Below, piece after piece: positions 58,080 to 64,000 of a DNA stretch of 64,000 nucleotides. The DNA is taken from NCBI RefSeq assembly GCF_964355755.1, contig NC_092670.1, positions 12,696,795-12,760,794 of the forward strand, written 5' to 3'. The translations under genes and the position numbers were made by a program. The number at the start of each line of letters is the position of its first letter. Position 1 is the first letter of the stretch. Origin of the DNA: Antedon mediterranea (taxonomy: Eukaryota > Animalia > Echinodermata). The notes below the pieces were generated by a model that worked only from the letters and a program-made list of their open reading frames with translations, was not told the DNA's origin and did not search any database.

Positions 58080-60377
58080 TTAGTCTAGATGCTGTATGTC
58101 AAATTATATGTCAAACCGTTGTAAATCTTATTAGGCCTATGAATATTACATTTTATTGCGTATTAAACTAATTCAAGAGGCGGAATTTTTTAATTATTAC
58201 ATTTTACATTACAATGTTACACAAACACAGGATCCCTGCGCATTATTGTAAATTAGCTAAAATCTACCGACAAGCTACAACGTGACATTTCCCCCAGTTT
58301 GTTCCGTGAGAATGGAATACGTGTGAACGCAGCCTTGAAGCATAGAGATATTATGCTAATAGTGAACATAATACGACGTCGTTCAATTCCGAGTATTATT
58401 TTTTCATAAACAAAACGGCGCCGTTTTCCGTTTCTTTGAAGTCTCAAAATTTAGCTTTATTTTATTTATTTACCAGGTACCTGTAATTCTGTGCAAATGA
58501 TATTCCTAAACGTTGTGTTCCCATATTCAATTATATCTATTATTAATATAGTAAGTCCAGTACAGAAAATAATTTTTTTTGAGAAATGTTGAGATAGTGA
58601 TAACTTTGACAATGTAGTAAAAATATGAGTGATGACTTGACTTTAGACAACTCTCTGGATAGGCCTTACACTCTACGCACTTTGCTGTTATGATGTCGGA
58701 ATAATTACATTTCTTAATTGTCTTTGTTGTTGCCATTATCATTTGTCTTTCAGCATACAAGATTGTTGACATAGTATAGATTGATCTTTGACAATACGCC
58801 AATAATAAGGAAAACGTATGTATTTTGCAATTTAAATGAACCAATGTTAAGAAGATTCTTCTCTGCCCACGCGAGGTTATTATAATAGCTTAACGAGACC
58901 TATTATTAGTTAATTATTACACAATGTTCACAGTTTTAATTGGTCAACATTAATCAAAGTGATGTATGTCAAATAATTCGCTTTTGTTTGCTTTCCTCTA
59001 ACTCGGAATTTAACATAGCTAAATGGCATAATTTGAACTCTGACATTACCAGAAGAAGGAATCTTTGAGAAATCTGAATATTCAAAATTATGAATGAATT
59101 ATTGGTTCCTAAATAATAGGTAGGCCTATGTTTACAACTTAAATTTCTTTGTGCTCATTCATCAACATCATGAATATGTAAAAACACATTCGTTTTCAAT
59201 GTAGCGGCCTTTCTTTGCCCAAAACCTATACCGTAGTTATCAACATAATAATTACTCACTCACCTAGATTGTTAGTGCTATGGATTCTTTAATGCACTTA
59301 ACAGGAGGTGATAGAGAGAAAGTAAAAACAATCATTCCATACAATCCAATACTGAGTGTCGACTCATTTATCTAAGAAATTGCCTAAAACACGTCACGGT
59401 GGTATCCTTAGTCCTGACGTACTAGCCTACTCTTCGGCCATAAACTTGAGATACGTTGTTATTAGTTTTATAACTCATTGATACTAAATTGCTAGCCATG
59501 TTGTTAAAAGATAATTGTTCTGACAATGTTTTGTTTTAAGTCGCTCAACCATAGCCCTTAAAGTAGGCCAATCAAAGGTCTAGAAACAATTATATTTAAT
59601 TCAAACTCAACTTAGGTTCAATTCCGACTATTGAATACAGAATAATAAATGAAAGAAGCCAAATGTATAAGCCTTTGTCGTCGCCGAGCACCTTATTTAA
59701 AATAATAAAGCCAAACAAATAACCAATGCATGAGAGTAAATTTCCGTAAGGAACCAATATTCGGAAAGCCAAAATAATTTGCATAACTAAAGGTGGTCTT
59801 TTAAATTACAGAGGGCGCACTTTATTTTAAGCTTTTCCCAGACGATTACTACAAAACATCATCGATCATCGTCGACACACGATAGATGGCGGTTCGTTGC
59901 TAGGCTGTATGTTGAGTTGTTTTGATTTAGGATGTAACTACTTTTCTGTTTGAGTTCCAACGAAAATCATGATTGTAATGAAGGTATATTAAGTTATACA
60001 ATTATAGTTATTGAGCATACCCTAAATTTGTTTCTTAGTTGATTAAATAAACTTGAATAAGCTAGGCCTAACTAAGGCTAGTTTAGCCTAGTAGTAGGCT
60101 AGGCCTACTAGCCTAGTTAGACTCTTAGAGGCCTCTAACTAACTAGGCTAGCCTAGGCCTAGCTAGCTAGGGGCTAGGCCTACCCTCTAGGCTACTACTA
60201 GGCCTAGGCCCTAGCTAGGCCTAGTACTACTAATAAGCAAGGACCAGAACTCCCTGTCTTGACCGACTGGCTGGTGCAGTGTGGTGATGACTGATGTGGT
60301 CTGGCTTATCATAATTGACATTATTCAATTCATATAATTAATACTAAATAGGCCTAACTAGGCTTGGTGTAGTGCAA

Positions 60378-61259
60378 GTGTTATGCGCGATTTGAACGAT
60401 TTGCGCAATTTGAAATTGCGCAAAAAAAATCCTTGCGCAATTTGAATTGAAACATGTGTTTCAAATTGCGCAAGCAACGTATTAAATTGCGCAAGTAATC
60501 TGCAAATTGCGCAAGGTTTTTCGACAGATTGTGAAATCATGCACACCCATATTTTTATAGTAATTTCTAAGAATGATTCAAAATTAAAGATAAATATCGC
60601 ATTTCCTTATTTTAGTAGTGCAAATATTGTTATAAGTTAGCATACCGTCGAAGAACCGACGAAGGAAAACGAAGCGGTGGTGTTCCACCAGGCGGGCGTG
60701 GCGCGGCCGGCCGGCTATACTACTCTAGCCTAGCTAGGGTCTGGACTACTGATACTGACTAGGTTACATGGCCTAGCTTAAACTAATATTAAAAACTTAA
60801 TTTTTACATTTATTTTGATTTATTTCAAGTTACAGTGATAATATTATTTAATTGTAATAATAAATGTTATGTATTTATTATACACATGTTATCTTCGCAT
60901 TTATTATGTTTTATTTTGAGTTATTTAGTTTCCAATAAATTATTAAAATACCGATTGTCTGGTAGAATTTTGTTGCGCAATTTGAAAATTTACAGTTCGT
61001 TTTCAAATTGCGCAAAGGTGTCATTTTGCGCAAGAACTATCTTGCGCAATTTACAAATTGTGCAGCGCAATTTAAAATTGCGCAAAGATTTTCTTGCGCA
61101 ATTTGAAATTGCGCAAGTTGATTGCGCAATTTCAAATTGCGCAAAAAAATCCTTGCGCAATTTTAAATTGCGCAAGAATTCTTTGCGCAATTTCAAATTG
61201 CGCAAGGATTTTTTTGCGCAATTTCAAATTGCGCAAATCGTTCAAATCGCGCATAACAC
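60378..61259. mobile_element. Foldback/MITE with subterminal TTGCGCAA arrays, in TTLL4 first intron
   Basis: ~65-bp TIR GTGTTATGCGCGATTTGAACGATTTGCGCAATTTGAAATTGCGCAA... and its reverse complement ending at 61259. 21 TTGCGCAA copies counted by hand. No convincing TSD. Confidence 0.8.
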
Positions 61260-61441
61260 AAGTGTCAACTGTCACATTTCTTGTCATGTTAATTTATTCT
61301 TTTGCTTGTCTGTATATTATAGGGATCTATGTGGAGATAAGATCAGTTTACAGGCCCAATTCTATTTTTGAACAAGCAAGATGGGAGCCTCTAATAAAAG
61401 CAGAAATACTGAAGAGATAAAATAAAAGGATAAGGATTAAA

Positions 61442-63786
61442 ATGACAACAAAAGAAGAGAGAGATGAAATAAAGGCCATCCTGACACGTGGCTTAGAAAA
61501 CCTTGCAATTCAAACCGGCCAGAAGCACCTTCCACTTAGAAGACAAACCCACAAACCTATCCTAAAAAATGATCAACCAGCTTCCACTTCCAGACTCAAC
61601 GCAGGGCCTAGGCTTCCACCCTCAGGCAAATACTTCCGAGATCTCTTCAACCCTGCACGGCCCTTACCCAGGCCACAGGTGTATTATGATCACACTACAA
61701 GTTCGTCGTTGTCCATAGAACCTAGAGCACCCCCCAGAGCTGCACCTATACACCCGCGACCCCATAGCAGCAGAGGACCTCGCTATGGCCATACAAATAA
61801 GTTTGATACACGATCTTTGCATGGGAGGTCTTTAGAACCAACAGTAAAAGCAGCAATAAAGAAAAACAAAGAACCATCTGTAAATGGTACTACTACTACT
61901 ACTAGCAAGAAACCAAAGAAAATAGCAAAGTTAATTAAAGTTAGTGACGATGCTGCAGATGAGGAGACTAAAGAACAGGGAGAGGAATGGAGTGATATAG
62001 ATGAAGAAGAGGATGAGTTTGATCCCAGAGATAGGTAAGTAGTTGCTCCTACTAAAAATGTCATGAATTGAAGACTTTTCAAATGACACAGTAATCAAAA
62101 ACATGAACACAAGTTGGTCATACCCACTTTACCGTTTTATTTACAATCATTCGGAAAAACATCTCATAACAGTATATAAATGATTAGGTGTGTTGAGGTT
62201 GGCTGTAGTGTCAACAAATATATTTTGGTTGATTTCTGATCCTGCAAAGACACTCCCTGTTCTCTCTTCCATTAGATCGATATATTTTGAATATTTATTT
62301 CTGCTTACAGTGAAAGGACACCGGGAGACGGATCATCATTTGATAATTACATCGAAGAAGAGGATTTGATGGACAGACTGGAAGATGATGATATTGCTGC
62401 TGATGGTAAAATAGTGTTTTGTTAATAACTATTAAACTTGATTTTTATGCTACAGTGCCAACAAACAAACAGTATAACACACGTGGAGCTGTAGCTTGGT
62501 GGTTAACATGTTTGCCTTCCAATCCCAAGGTGCAGTGTTCAATCCTGACCTACAGTAGCACCAGGGTTGTAACTCATAACTCCCTTCCCTACGCCTCAAA
62601 TGAGACTAATTTTATAAGGACGATAAATTATTTAAATATTTTATTTATCTCGCTATTGGATGCATATAAAAAAATATAAATGTAATGCGATTTTCTTCTC
62701 AAACAGTAAGACATCAATGATCTTAGTAATATTTAAAATTGACCTATTAAATTAGCGAAAGCATTATAAGAATATTTAATCCATGGAAAAATTAGCCTAA
62801 TATTCATTAATCATGTTGTGTTTCAGATGCTTCAGATGGCTATTCTATAGCAAGTACTGCATCCAGAACGCATTCTGCAAAAGAAAGAGGGCGTGATGAC
62901 ACAATCAAGGATGACTTAGCGTCCCTTGCAAACAGGTAAGTGCTTCGATTTTATTTGGACACTTAAAAACGTGCATATATAATGTAAAGTGAAGTTCAAA
63001 GCTAACAAGTATACTGTATACAATAATATAAATAAAAAAGCTGCATAGGCAGGACATTTTTTTTTTTTTTTTACAATATACATACTGTATATATATAGAC
63101 ATTTTGGAAGAAATCAAATCTGTTTTATTTCAACAGACTGGATCATGCAAGTCTAGGCAGCAGAGCAGATACCAGAGTGTATGGTGTGCTCACTACAGGT
63201 ACAGATGATGCTCAGCCTAGTCTTACACCAAGCTTGTTCAGTAACATACCACCGACTATCAACTTTGTTACAGAAGAAGAAAAAAGTAAGGTCTCAGGAG
63301 GTTTTGAATGTGGCCAGCGTGGTGGTGTTTGGAGAACACACATTGTTTAACTTGGAAATATACCAAAAATTAATTAATTAATACAGTAGAACCCCTTCTC
63401 TGGTACCCCTATTAAGGGGACACTTTCTTGTGAATCCAACTGTGTAATATACTCTCTGTGTATACATTTTTGACAACACCACAGCCAACCCCTATTCAGG
63501 GACAGCCCTATTAAGGGGTCACTCCTATTTAAATTTAATACGGACACTTTGTTGGGCCCAGAAGGTGTTCCCTTAATAGAGGTTTTCCTGTAGACAAAAT
63601 ACATTAATTTGTTGATTACGTTTTGGTTTGTTTATTTATTTATATTTATTCTAACTAAAAATGTGTGTTTTGCAGTAACACAGTTACCTTGGGATCTACG
63701 TAAGTTACTAAAATGGCGAATGAGTCCGGTCACACCACAGGTCGTCAAAGGATGTATTGCTAGGTCTGGTTTCAGAGCTACTAAAA
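61442..63786 (+). CDS. TTLL4: Tubulin monoglutamylase TTLL4, 5' partial (5 coding exons in window)
   Basis: Exons 61442..62034, 62311..62405, 62827..62935, 63137..63285, 63676..63786. SLFSNIPPTINF...QLPWDLRKLLKWRMSPVTPQVVKGCIARSGF matches recalled TTLL4 (SLFPNVPPTIYF...KLPWEQRKLLRWKMSTVTPNIVKQTIGRSHF). Probable upstream exon ends at 59983, acceptor at 61322. Confidence 0.87.
62484..62592 (+). mobile_element. tRNA-derived SINE head (second copy at ~24875..24950)
   Basis: TAGCTTGGTGG A box and GTTCAATCC B box; shares TTCCAATCCCAAGGT...CCAGGGTTGTAACTCA with 24886..24941. Confidence 0.6.
63384..63590. mobile_element. Tc1/mariner-pogo type MITE (TA TSD, CAG...CTG ends)
   Basis: TA|CAGTAGAACCCC ... 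GAGGTTTTCCTG|TA, with internal CCCTATTAAGGGGACAC repeats. Related fragments at 23630..23702. Confidence 0.7.
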
Positions 63787-64000
63787 GTAAGTGAAGTATT
63801 TGTGTTATAAAATGGTTTTATGCAGTGCATTTTTCATATCCATAATGGAAACTGCAAAAGAAATTACAATGTTTTATAATATTTCAATTGGTATAATTTG
63901 GATAGAATAGAGAGATATGTGAGTAAACTTCCAGCATATTGCAATACTATTTCTTTTAATTTTCTTTTTGGAAGAATTAATCAAACGAAGATGATGTCAC

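Noticed and set aside
60835-61420. 178/108/71-aa ORFs with LRNFKLRK repeats
   Set aside because: Translations of the palindromic TTGCGCAA array, open on both strands.

Overview
AT-rich, intron-containing animal DNA, probably from a marine invertebrate deuterostome (inferred from protein similarity and Deu/Nin-type SINEs). Manual splicing with consistent GT-AG phases gives six genes: the 5' end of a syndecan-like proteoglycan (-), complete TTC32 (-, 151 aa), complete C2orf50/CIMIP5 (+, 153 aa), complete V-ATPase subunit H (-, 470 aa), a complete 20-exon ADCY3-like adenylyl cyclase (-, ~1115 aa) and the 5' part of TTLL4 (+). Non-coding DNA carries MITEs, Helentron-like elements, SINEs, LINE 3' remnants, minisatellites and a tRNA-Val-like gene. 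The strongest unexplained signal is a large excess of TA-N3/4-TA words (TACAGTA/TACTGTA, TAGGCCTA, TAGCCTA, TACCGGTA). Paralogous repeat copies inside the window show directly that these arise as TA -> TA+insert+TA events, which is the form of a DNA-transposon excision footprint. They are sorted by region and pile up just inside first introns. All identifications are from memory of families and hand alignment; no database search was run and counts are approximate.
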